NCBI GenBank assembly: GCA_900617105.1
Contig: UYFQ01000619.1
Span: 1 to 39,017, forward strand
Direction of reading: 5' to 3'
DNA length: 39,017 bases
From: Hydrurus foetidus
Lineage: Eukaryota
Below, piece after piece: positions 19,870 through 31,700 of this stretch (positions are counted from its first letter, which is position 1; every line of letters begins with the position of its first letter). The notes beneath the pieces are model-generated. The model was not told the DNA's origin. It worked only from the letters and a program-made list of their open reading frames with translations, and made no database searches. Made by a program: the position numbers and the translations under genes.

Positions 19870-21840
19870 ATGTCAGCGTTTGATGACCCAACTTTGGCGG
19901 TTCAAACTTTAAAGTTAACACGATATCAGGATCTATCAGAGTGGCACTTATGTGCATCTGAACAGAAAGAACTGTGCAAGAACTTAATTGACAGCGGACT
20001 TTCCGTCAATGCATGGTCTTCTCGACATTCTATGAATTATTCTTCAGTGAAACGTCACATGAGGAAGTATCGATTATGGCAATCTAGTGGAATAGACACA
20101 TTTCACAATTCTGGAGGAGGGCGACCACCCATCATAGATGATACTGGAATCATTAACATTAGGAAAAACTTGAGAGAGAATCTGGCTTCACAGAGTTGCC
20201 AACAGTCGATGATTACACAGTTTCATTTACGCGTCGAAACAGAAGCAGCAGAGACTAGAAAAAGACGAGGAGTAGCTGGATCAGACATAAGAGTCTCGAA
20301 GAAAACCATTCAAAGATTCAAAAGTCAGAACAGTTTTGTCGAGTCGAAATGTCAATTCAAAACTCACGCGAGGATATTTGCTGAAAGTGATCCGAGGAAC
20401 CTCTTTTCATTTGCCGTAATGAATCAAGCCTTTCTATCGGAGCGTGATGCGGCGATGTGCTTTAACTGGGACGCAACGCAGTACTGTGTTGATGCTGAAG
20501 GTCACACATCAATTGTGAAATGTGAGGGAGAAGATCGGCAACGTAGTGCAACATCTCTAAGCGCTGGAGGACTTGGATTTGCGATCAAGTACTATCACTT
20601 CCATAATGCCTGTGGGGATGTAGCACCGGCTGTCTTCATTATTGCTGACGACAGCATGAGCGAGACTGAGTTATTCGTTGAAGAAGTCACTGGTCTAAGT
20701 CACACGCAGCTTGTTGATGCAACTGGCTTCTTGGTCTTCACAAAAACTCGGAACTGCAATGCAGAGTTCTACCGCTGGTACGCACTCACGGTGGTCGCCC
20801 CCTTCGTCATCAAGTGCAGGGAGTCCTACAATAGTCAAAACATTGACAAAACTCCGATGCGAGCTTTCGTTGTCTGCGATGGTGAGCCTTCACAGATTCA
20901 AGTCTTTCAGGAGCACCGCATCTTGGAAATAATGGCTGAGGCGCTCATCGATTTCGGCAAGTCACCTGCGTCATGCAGTGCTATCACCCAAGCCTCAGAT
21001 GACAGCGACTTCTTCAAGGCTTCAAAGAAAAAACTGGTCAGGATAAGAGAGACTGATTATATTAATCAAGGATTGGATGGAAGGATCAAGCAGATTGTAT
21101 CGGGGAGGGTTACTCTGGACGGGGAGTCCCGGTTCACGAGTGCAAAGAAGTTACTGATTTGCAACTCGCTACAGCAAGTGGTCTATTCTATCAAACATGT
21201 CATGACACCGGAGATTGTGAAGACTGGCTATAAGAGAATCGGTCAGTATCCAGTATCCTTCCTGACGTCGATGAGTCGGTGTTCACGGGTCATATCCGCC
21301 AGAGACATGGAGCATATGCAAGAGGCGCTACCTGCTATGGTGGAAATTTTCAGGACGAAGGGCATTTTGACTGAGGAGCAAATGGATGCAGCGGGAATAC
21401 TGAGCGTGAATGATGAGGCATCAAACAACCGACCTAAAGATGATCGACCACTCCATCAGCAGAGATCCGTCATTATGAACTCGGTGGACTGCATCGCTCA
21501 GTACCGATCCTATGTGAACTATCGGACAGCCGAGCCGGCTAGACGAGCAGCGGCTGCAGAGTTGCGTGAAGTATCAAGAGCTGTGAGGGAGCGGAAGGCT
21601 GAGGATGTCAAGGCTCGAAGAGAATTAAAGGACGCGGAGAAATTGCGACGATCCAATCTGACTGCGGACGAATTGAAAGCTGAGAATAAGGCCAAGAGGG
21701 CGGCTTCCAAAGCCGCCAAAACTCAACAACAGCAACAACCAGTCATTACAACTCCAGAGGAAAGCGACGATGACGATGGGCTGTTCAATGAAATGGAAAT
21801 TGAGGATATAAGTGGCAACTCGAATACCGTGACAGTTTAG
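19870..21840 (+). CDS. Intact DDD transposase (DD39D)
   Basis: N-terminal HTH-like region with GGRP; catalytic motifs FNWDATQ, VVCDG, TQASD..FFK (compare pogo QPLD..F); lies between the TIRs. Confidence 0.8.
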   Translation: MSAFDDPTLAVQTLKLTRYQDLSEWHLCASEQKELCKNLIDSGLSVNAWSSRHSMNYSSVKRHMRKYRLWQSSGIDTFHNSGGGRPPIIDDTGIINIRKNLRENLASQSCQQSMITQFHLRVETEAAETRKRRGVAGSDIRVSKKTIQRFKSQNSFVESKCQFKTHARIFAESDPRNLFSFAVMNQAFLSERDAAMCFNWDATQYCVDAEGHTSIVKCEGEDRQRSATSLSAGGLGFAIKYYHFHNACGDVAPAVFIIADDSMSETELFVEEVTGLSHTQLVDATGFLVFTKTRNCNAEFYRWYALTVVAPFVIKCRESYNSQNIDKTPMRAFVVCDGEPSQIQVFQEHRILEIMAEALIDFGKSPASCSAITQASDDSDFFKASKKKLVRIRETDYINQGLDGRIKQIVSGRVTLDGESRFTSAKKLLICNSLQQVVYSIKHVMTPEIVKTGYKRIGQYPVSFLTSMSRCSRVISARDMEHMQEALPAMVEIFRTKGILTEEQMDAAGILSVNDEASNNRPKDDRPLHQQRSVIMNSVDCIAQYRSYVNYRTAEPARRAAAAELREVSRAVRERKAEDVKARRELKDAEKLRRSNLTADELKAENKAKRAASKAAKTQQQQQPVITTPEESDDDDGLFNEMEIEDISGNSNTVTV

Positions 21841-22217
21841 CAAATATGTTTGTGCCTGACACAATTTGAAGGATTCTGTTATCATATCCGCGGCGTCACC
21901 TCTAAAATGATGTCGGATCCTATCTGGCATCATGCGGAATTTTGCGGAAGCCTCCATTGATTTTTTTAAGTACCCTGTGGTGAAATGTTTTTCGAAATCA
22001 GTAAGTAAATGGCATCGTAAATATCAGGATATTGATGGCTATTTACGCAACTACCATTTCAACGGAGATGATCAGCACGAATGCTCGCTGATGTGGAACC
22101 GGCAGTAATTTTCCTGAGGCTGGATCGTGCTTACTTCGCTATGTTCTGACCATAATGGTCATTGACATTCGTGGATGCGACGGATCGATTTGAAGATTCT
22201 GTGGGTCAGGTTCTGAC

Positions 22218-22570
22218 TGTAGTAATATCAGTATTATGTAGACTAGATATTCCGTATACGAATTGTGATGCTATTATCTGTATTTCATATTTGAACCACA
22301 CGTACGGTGTTGCACCACAGCAGTACCGTACTACATACGATATGACGTATTTGATCTAGGATAGCCATCAACCTGTTGCGACAACTACTGACTACACTCG
22401 ACCACCACTGCGTTGCAGCAGTGCTAATTAACCCAAACTCGTAGCCGACAGCGAAACTTCTCTTCTGAGTCCAGACAGAGCGAGTGAAGCCGCATCGGAG
22501 AGTGCAGTGGGGAGCTTGTGACCAACCGTATGGGACATACGGCACACCTTTAAGTCCACATTTCACAACA
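22218..22570 (+). repeat. Copia C 5' LTR
   Basis: TGTAGT..ACAACA; direct repeat of 28154-28506. Confidence 0.97.
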
Positions 22571-22607
22571 TAATTAGCACTCATCGTTGCAACAAGAAGT
22601 TGCAACG

Positions 22608-23826
22608 ATGAAAGGCCGTGGAAGTCCCCACCACAGGGACGTGGACGAGGTTATTTCGCGGGTCGTGGTGGGAGAGGATCTCCAGCGACACCAACCACAA
22701 CCGTGGAAACATTCCGACGATCGGAGCATATTTGGATCTACCACCTGGGAAGGACATTGCCCATGGAGCGGTTACCAAATGGATGGCAAAACTAAAGGAG
22801 TACGCTATGACAACATTCAAATCAAGAGTTAGTATGATATTTGGTGCAGATGGAACCTTAGGAGATTACCCAGTCTACGCACTGCCAGACCAACCACAGG
22901 ATGGCGCAACAGTTTATGACAGAAAGATATGGGAACTGTCGATGGTAGACCACAATAAAAACATCAAAACTCTAGATGAGGACAAAGGAAATCTATACGG
23001 TGCAATGTTAGGACAGATGTCCGAAAGCTCTAAAACTAGAGTAGCTGAAGTGCAGCTAGGAGTCGAAGCAGAGAATGAGTTCGAGCCGAGGAAATTGCTG
23101 CAAGCAATTCTCGCAACTCATATCGGAGATTCTACGCTGGGAGTAGCTCATCAGATGTACGTCATTACACAGAGATACAACGATCTAGTTATGGGAGGGC
23201 ATGAAAATCTGAGCATGTACTATACGAACACGAAGTCAGCACTCACTGCTATACAGCAGGCATATGAGATGGCTGGTCGTGGAGGAATTGACGACATATA
23301 TATGGAGAGTCAGATGGCAGTGAAATTTATTCTGGGACTGAACAACGCCTATAGCGAGTTCAAATCCTTCTTCACTAATGGACTAAAGCCCTGGCCAGAT
23401 TGTCTTGAGACAGCGTATCAAGAAGCTGCCAAATACAACCCTAAGAGAGCAGCCACCAACTCACCAGCAGCTATGGAGCGTGCGAATGCATTCGCAATGA
23501 CCGGAAGAGGAGGCAGAGGTAGCAGAGGAGGATACCCTGGAGGACATAATGGAAAGAGTGCACCCAATGCAAAGTGGGTGAAGGACGGAGCAGACTCACC
23601 GGAGGAAGCAACGAGAGAGAAAGGATCACCTGTGGGAGCCTACACTGCCAACAAATCCCCACCAGCGGGGTACAGACGAGGTCCGTGTAATAACTGTGGA
23701 AAGTACGGGCATCTTGCCCGGGAATGCAGAGCTGAGGCAGCAGACACTGTCGCTCAGTACTGGGGCGAGGAAGGAGGCAAGAGCCCAGGAGGAAAACCGA
23801 CTGCACCACCTGGGAAGGGAAAGTAA
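22608..23826 (+). CDS. gag: Copia C gag (likely start ATG 22608; two apparent 1-nt deletions in the first ~100 nt)
   Basis: CCHC knuckle CNNCGKYGHLAREC, GQMSE..K, FILGL, RGG repeats; own stop codon at 23824-23826. Confidence 0.85.
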
Positions 23827-23899
23827 GTCACTTATATGATTATTTACATGATGACATAGCTAGTAATGTGAATAACCAAGTGACTGTTGATGTGAATAA

Positions 23900-26800
23900 A
23901 ATGTTAAGCACGTACGAATATCTAAATATGTACAAATTAAATTCATAGATGACGAAGCTCCAGTGTCGGAGACCCCAGCAGTAGATAGCAACATATTTAG
24001 CATAGATATCACGAATGATTCTGATGTATTTGCTGACAATCAATTGCTTCTTGACACATGTGCTGGTGAATCTGTATTTAGAACTGCTACACTGTTCTAT
24101 GACATTGTGCCTGCTGTTACACCCATGATAGTTAATGGAGTAAATAGTAGAGGAGAGCCGATGGTTATCAGAGAGTGCGGGACGACGGACTTTGGATTAG
24201 TATACTTTGACCCTAATTGTATAGCTAACATCTTGTCTTTTGCTAATATGGTAAATAATTGTTACTCTATGAAGTATAGTAGTGGGAGCGATTTTTACAG
24301 TTTGCAGATTAAAAGAGGCGGATGTTGCTACTATTTCAACAGAGATGAAAAATATAATATATATATATGTAATTTAGACACTATGGTAAGTAAGCCTAAG
24401 TTAATGTTAGTTACGACAGTTACAGATAAGATGAAGAAATATACAGTTAGACAGGTAAAACAAGCTGAGTTAGCTAGAGAATATCAGAGGAAATTAGGAT
24501 ACGCTAGTCCAGGACAGTTAATTAAGCTGATAGGACAAGGTAAACTAGTTAACAGTAATATTACAGCACAAGATGTAGTTAGATCTTTGGATATCTGGGG
24601 TCCTGACTTAGGCTCCCTAAAGGGAAAAACGCCAAGCCATCAGGCACAGGTTGAAGAGGAGCAACCACTGTTAGATAATATACAAGAGAGAGATCAGATT
24701 ATGTACATAGACATTATGTTTGTTAACGGCAATCCATTTTTAATTGCCGTTGTTAAGCCATTAGAATATACTATGGTAAATAAGTTAAATAACAGAGCCA
24801 ATCTTACACTGTGGACTAGCTTAGAGAGCGATATTAGACATATAACTAAGTATGAATTCAGTTTGAACTTAGTGAGAGTTGATGAAGAAGGTGCTATCAA
24901 TTTTAAATGGTTTGAGACTAAGTTAGCTACTATAGGTACGGCATTAGATACGACAGGTGCAAGAGAGGCAGTTACCGTAGTTGAGCGTAAGATCAGACAG
25001 ATTCAAGAGAGAGTCAGAGCAGTTATCAATACACTACCATTTAGATTAGCTGAGATGTTAGAAGGATGGTTGGTAAGATATGCTGTTAACCGTATAGTAT
25101 TAGTTCCAGCAAGGAATATCGTAGACTACGTCAGTCCCAGAGAGAAACTATACGGTAGAAAGATAAATGTAGATAAAGAATTGAAACATGGTTTTGGTGA
25201 CTATGTGCAAGTGCATTCTGATAATATTGATAACAGTAATAAAGCCAGAACTTCAGGTGCTATCGCTCTGATGAGTGCAGGTAATCTAGAAGGATCTTGG
25301 TGTTACATGCTACTCAGTAATGAACAGATAATTAAACGCACTAAAGCCACATCACTACCCATGCCTGATGAAGTGATTACTTGCCTTAATGGATTATCTG
25401 ATAAGAGATACATTAATAAGGGTAATAACACTAATCAACCTGTATTTGAACAGAATAGGCGTGTGATTGATGATGATGGACTTGATTATGATGATGATAA
25501 AATTTATAATAATAATATGAGAAGATTTAGTAATTCACACGTACCACATTCAGATGAAATGTATGATGACTCATATGATGTTGAACCACAAGTGATGCAT
25601 GCACTGCCTGATGTGCCAGTGATGAATGAAGAAAATGATTTTAATGATATGCCTGATAATGATGCTATGATAGATGATTATGCAGTGCAGCTAGAGACTG
25701 ATGATGCTGAATTTGAACCTGTTGAACATGACGATGTTGAATGGAATATGATGCACCTGATGTAAACAGCACGTACGTTGATGACAATGTACTTACATAT
25801 GATGAAACCATTGATGCCATTGAAGATACGTACACAGTAGATGACGTACTTACAGATGAACTACCTGAGATAGAACAGCCTGCTTTGAGACGTAGCGCTA
25901 GAAATCACCAGCCAGGTAGATGGGCATCCAACAGAGGAAAAAGGAACATAGGATGTTGTATACCTGAAGTGTTGCATCGCCTTGATTGTTCATATGCTTT
26001 TAACATGACTGTTAAAGACGGTATCGATAAGTTAGGTGATATAGCTGTCGATTCCATTAGAAAAGAAATGCAACAGATGTGTGAGAAGGATGTGTGGGAA
26101 GGAGTGTTGATCATTCACTTACACCTACACAACGTAACAACATCATAACCAGTAGTATGTTTTTAAAAGATAAGTATACTGCTGAAGGTAAATTTGATAA
26201 GTTAAAATCAAGATTAGTTGCAGGAGGTCACTTACAGGATAGAGATATTTACGATAATGGCTCATCACCTACTGTTAGTACTACTAGTGTGTTTATTATT
26301 GCTTCAATTGCTGCGAAAGAGAATAGATCATTAGCTACGATAGATTTTCCAGGAGCATTTTTAAATAGCGATATGCCACTTGAGGGTAGTCACACGGTGT
26401 TTATGAGATTGAATAAATATTTGACTGATGTTTTAATTTCCATTGATAAATCATATATGAAATATGTTAATGATAAGGGTACATGCATTGTTAAATTGAA
26501 GAAAGCATTGTATGGATGTGTTGAATCTGCAAAATTGTGGTATGATAAAATTTCACATGACTTGTCTGTATTAGGCTATACTGCTAATGCTTATGACATG
26601 TGTGTGTTTAATAGAACTGAAAATAATAAATCACAAACCACATTGATAATCCACGTTGATGACATGATGATATCGTGTTGTAATGACAAATATGTTGATA
26701 TGGTAATTTATGAAATTGAAAAACTATATCCCGGACTAACGAAACATCGAGGAAAAGTACTTAATTATATAGGTATGACTTTTAATTTCGAGTCAGCCGG

Positions 26801-27609
26801 GGAAGTTAGGATAACCATGGAGGGATTTGTCAAGGAGCTGCTAGAAGACTGTAAAAAGATTCTAGGGGTGGCACCGACACCGGCCAAGTCGGAATTATTT
26901 TCCGTTAAACCGGATACTTCTGACCCACTACTAACCACTTCTGCTCGTGAGTATTTCCATTCAATACAGCGAAGCTGCTATACCTTAGCAAAAGGGCAAG
27001 ACCAGATATCTTGACGCCGGTAGCGTTCTTGACTAAGCGGGTGACAAAGCCTCAAGTGGAAGACATGAAGAAACTGGAACGTACTATACAGTACATACGG
27101 GATACTAAAGACTTAGGCCTCACCCTAAGAGTCGAAGACCCCATCACCATCACCTGTTATGTCGACGCTTCCTTCGGCGTACATAGCGACATGAAGAGCC
27201 ACACTGGAAGCGCCATCACATTAGGGAAAGGCGTAGTGTATGCTAAGAGTTCAACTCAAAAGCTAACCACGAAGTCGAGTACCGAAGCAGAGCTAGTAGG
27301 ACTGAGTGACTCAGCCAACCAAGTGCTGTGGACCAGACTATTCCTCATAGACCAAGGATATCAAGACAGGAGCGCCATCATTTTTCAAGACAATAAATCT
27401 ACCATCCAACTTATCAACAACGGTCGCTCCAACAGCGAACGTACGCGACACATCAATATCCGGTACTTCTTCCTACATGACCGGGTAAAAGAAAAGAAAT
27501 AACCATCATTTATAAATCAACCAACGACATGTTAGCAGATATGCTAACTAAACCACTTCAAGGAGAGCAGTTCAGAGCTTTCCGAGATAAACTACTCGGA
27601 ATCACCTGA
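23900..27609 (+). pseudogene. pol: Copia C pol (protease, integrase, RT, RNase H), with frameshifts near 25740, 26110, 26965 and 27500
   Basis: LLLDTCAGES; IDIMFVNG, VERKIR; KSRLVAGG, IDFPGAFL, KALYG, HVDD; YVDASF, SSTEAE, QDNKS, ADMLTKPL. Confidence 0.92.
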
Positions 27610-28153
27610 GTATTCCACTCCATCAAATTTCTTCTACCTACGCTTTGCCAACCCATTTCTGCTACCTTGGCCAACATCAACCCTATGTATTATATGAATC
27701 TGTTTTTATGAATCTGCAATTCCATCGAATTCCTTCTGCCCTACAACATCAACCTCCAAGACCTGAACACTCAAGACACCTACACTCGAGCCTACACCAC
27801 ACATGGTCGAGACACATCAACTGAAGACACATCAAGACGAAGACTCCAGAACCAACATTCCTACGATAAACTACTTCTAACCGCCAACTTTGCCAAAAGC
27901 AAACTTCCTTCTATAACCGACAATTCCAACCGCCAACTATTTCTACCGCCTACAAATTCCTACAGCCAACTTCCACTACATTCTTTTCCGACTGAGATCG
28001 ATTTTCAAGACACCGACGTAACATTCCGGAGCCATTGATGAAACTTTATTTATGATTAATATTGAATGAACATGTATGAATTAATTTAATGCCTTTGAAA
28101 TAATAATTGAATAAACTTGTTTGAATTGAATACGATAACACATCATAGGGGTG

Positions 28154-28506
28154 TGTAGTAATATCAGTATTATGTAGACTAGATATTCCGTATACGAATT
28201 GTGATGCTATTATCTGTATTTCATATTTGAACCACACGTACGGTGTTGCACCACAGCAGTACCGTACTACATACGATATGACGTATTTGATCTAGGATAG
28301 CCATCAACCTGTTGCGACAACTACTGACTACACTCGACCACCACTGCGTTGCAGCAGTGCTAATTAACCCAAACTCGTAGCCGACAGCGAAACTTCTCTT
28401 CTGAGTCCAGACAGAGCGAGTGAAGCCGCATCGGAGAGTGCAGTGGGGAGCTTGTGACCAACCGTATAGGATATACGGCACACCTTTAAGTCCACATTTC
28501 ACAACA
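28154..28506 (+). repeat. Copia C 3' LTR
   Basis: Direct repeat of 22218-22570. Confidence 0.97.
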
Positions 28507-28704
28507 CTGACCATGGGTCAAGTTTTGTCTACCGCTGGAGTATCGGTTATGATTCTTATTTCATGCACGATACACGATACTAGTAGGGTGGTAGCTCCAC
28601 TAGCTGCTCTGTCACAAGTCGTAGTGTCCGCAAATTGGGAACGGATAGTCTGAGCAACTCAGGAGGGAAGACGAAGACATCTATATTGTGTGAGGCAACA
28701 AAAG

Positions 28705-31700
28705 ATGGCAGACGTCAAGAAAGGAAACCACGCCAAACATGATGAAAACAGAGAGCGAACGAGACAGCTCGTAGTTGAAGATGTTTTCTTATATATCACG
28801 TGCACGAAAGATCCGCTAATGTACACGTACGAAGTGGGCAACTCTTCCGATAATGCAGTCAAACTTTCGCTAGATTTTGCCCGTTCCGTAAATTTCACAG
28901 CTGTTGATGAAAGCGGCTCACCGATGGCTGCGGCAAATCTTGCAGCGATCATTGGTCCCTACAGTAGGAGAGTAATGGGCTCGATGATACAGGGAGACAT
29001 TAGAATTGCATCCAGACTAGCTGTAGATTGTTATTATGAGCTTGTTGAAGTAGACGAAGAAGAGATGAAGTTGGCAGCTGAAGAACACGAGGCAAAAGTA
29101 TCCGAACAACTCGTTCAAGAAGACTCGGGTCACTACATTGATAAGACCTTTCTTCCATGCAGGTGCCCACAGACTTCTGATCTATCATAGAAAACAGAGA
29201 TACTGAATCATAATTGCCATCAAAAACATTTTATACAGCGAATCTCTTTACGTTGTCAACAAATGTGCTGGAGAGGAGCAGAGTGAAGAAGCTGAAGAAG
29301 TCACGTCAAAGAAGCCTATAGTGTGGACACGTCCCGAAGATTTTATGATTGGTGCGACAGAAAACGTTTATCGAGTTACTACATGAGAATAGAACCCACT
29401 AATACTATTTGCCATCACTGAAGTTATCATATTCTGACTCATCAGTTGCAGAATGCATCATGACTTTCTGTCCTTCCTACACTCACTTGCATTGCAATAG
29501 AACTCCTCAATTCTGTTGTTTACGAATAACTCTTATTCCTTAGGAAAGTACGATGTGTTTCTGGGGGGTATCGACCCAGGGGATATTTGTCAAGGGAGTC
29601 TGGGAGACTGTTGGTTTCTCTGTTGTCTAGCCTGTCTTGGAGAATTTCCCGCTCTTGTTGAGGTGCGGATTTTCTGATAGCTGTGTGTGTGACAATTATG
29701 ATTAAAATGACGCGCAAAACTTATTGAAAATATAGTATTATGAAGCTCAAGTAACAAAAAAAACTGGAGAAATCACTAGATAATACTAGTAATCTGTAGT
29801 CTATTTAAGAGCCCTTAGTATCATTTTGCTATTCTCAGATACGATACATATTTTTTGCGGTTACCTGTGAATTGTACTCTTCGACATTTATTGGACTGAC
29901 AAATTAGACGAAATCAAGCTGCTGCTTTTTTTAGATGAAGTAAAGTACAGAGAAAGTGTCTTACTATTTTGCCTATAAGATAGATATTACTGATCAAATA
30001 ATCGTATTTATGTGTTCAATTTATGAGGGGTCATTTCGAAGAGCTGCTGTGCACGTGATGACACCAACACCTCTTGCAATCATTATCTCTCCTTTACCTT
30101 GTGTTACTATTTATATCATCGCCCGCAGGTGAATACTCACTTACTAACTGTTCTCTACATTATGTGGCTACCTCTCGATGTCAGAATTTATTCGCTAACG
30201 GCAGTCGTAAATTAAACGGAAACGGTAAATACGAAATCGGTATGTACAACTGCGGAATGTTAGAAAAAATAGTAGTGGATGATTTCTTCCCGTGTCGACC
30301 AAATGGTGGACCAGTCTACGCGAGGGGACACGACAATGAGTTGTGGGTTCTATTGCTTGAGAAGGCGTATGCTAAGCTGTGTGGGAGTTACGCAGCCTTG
30401 AAGAGCGGCTGGGCGTATGAGGCCATGATTGATTTGCTCGGCGCTCCTTTCACGTCTATTCGATTTGAAGATGAGGACGCTAAGGAAATGATTGCGAATG
30501 GATCTCTATGGGAATTGATACTGTCCTACGATGAAATGGGCCATATTCAAACAGCATCCACGCCAGGTGAGGACAAACTAACAGAAGGAGGAAACAGAAA
30601 AGCAAAAGACAATTCCACAGGTCTAGTCTCCGGTCACGCATACGCACTGCTACGTGCCAGAGAAGTTTCCACTGGAGCAAAGCTTGTTGAGATTCGCAAT
30701 CCCTGGGGACAGGGGGGTATGGAGTGGAACGGAGACTGGTCGGATAAGTCCCCCTTGTGGACGGATGGAATCATCGTAAGTACTGCACCGTACGTCTCGT
30801 AGCGCCTTATTCTTTAGTATTGCGTTTGTTTCTCACAGCAACATCAACTACACGACTGTTCGCTCATCCTATCACAATTGTTCGTCTGTGTCTGGTTTAG
30901 TTGTCCAACGCACTGAACGTCCTCGCTCGATGCAGGTTGCTCTCCTGAACAACCTCTCTCCATGATTTTTGCAATGTATCAGAACCGTTTTATTGTGTTG
31001 TTTTTATTATCTGATTATCGTTCGTAATCTTATTCGTGTTTTGGGAGTGCAAGTGTGTGTGGGTGTGGGTGTGGGTGGGTGGGGAATCGTCTACAGATCT
31101 GTGATGAAATCCTTGTCCTTTTTGATTTTCACGACCACCCGTACTCCGGCAACTCTAATCTCATTTCTAATCTATCTCTATATCTTTCAGAACGAAATCG
31201 ATGCAAGGTTGAAGGATGATGACGGAGCATTCTGGATGAGTTTTGAAGATTTCTTGACCCACTTTTTCTCCATCAACGTTTGCATGGTCGGACAGCCTTT
31301 GCATTCAACAGATGGCAGGAGGAAACCTTGGTTTGAGTCGAGAGAAAGATTCGACTACTCAATGATCATTGAAGATGGTGCAAATGAAGTGTGTGCAAAT
31401 TCGTTTTTACTGACATTACATGAAGACGCAGAGACGATGTATGTGAGTGTGCATCAAGAAGACATAAGGCACGTCAACACAACATCATACATCGACTTCG
31501 GTGTCGTAGTCCTCAAGGTAATTAATCTGAACTACCATCAAATAGTATACATACACATACAAACATTGGACTCCACTTGATCATTAGATGGTATTTCCAT
31601 TATTTTGCTGCAGGTGTGCCCGGACAGTGCATCAGGATACAAGCTGATATCCTCCACAGGCAATTCCTGCGACAGGCAGAACCAATCAGTGGCGCTCAAA

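Larger units (their letters stand above)
22218..28506 (+). mobile_element. Full-length Ty1/Copia element C
   Basis: 353-bp LTRs with 2 differences; 5-bp TSD CTGAC (22213-22217, 28507-28511); gag-PR-IN-RT-RH order; short PPT ATAGGGG before the 3' LTR. Confidence 0.97.
19656..28538 (+). mobile_element. pogo-like (IS630-Tc1-mariner) DNA transposon, ~2.6 kb excluding nested Copia C
   Basis: Perfect 65-bp TIR: 19656-19720 versus 22180-22217 joined to 28512-28538; AGTA on both flanks (19652-19655, 28539-28542). Confidence 0.9.
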
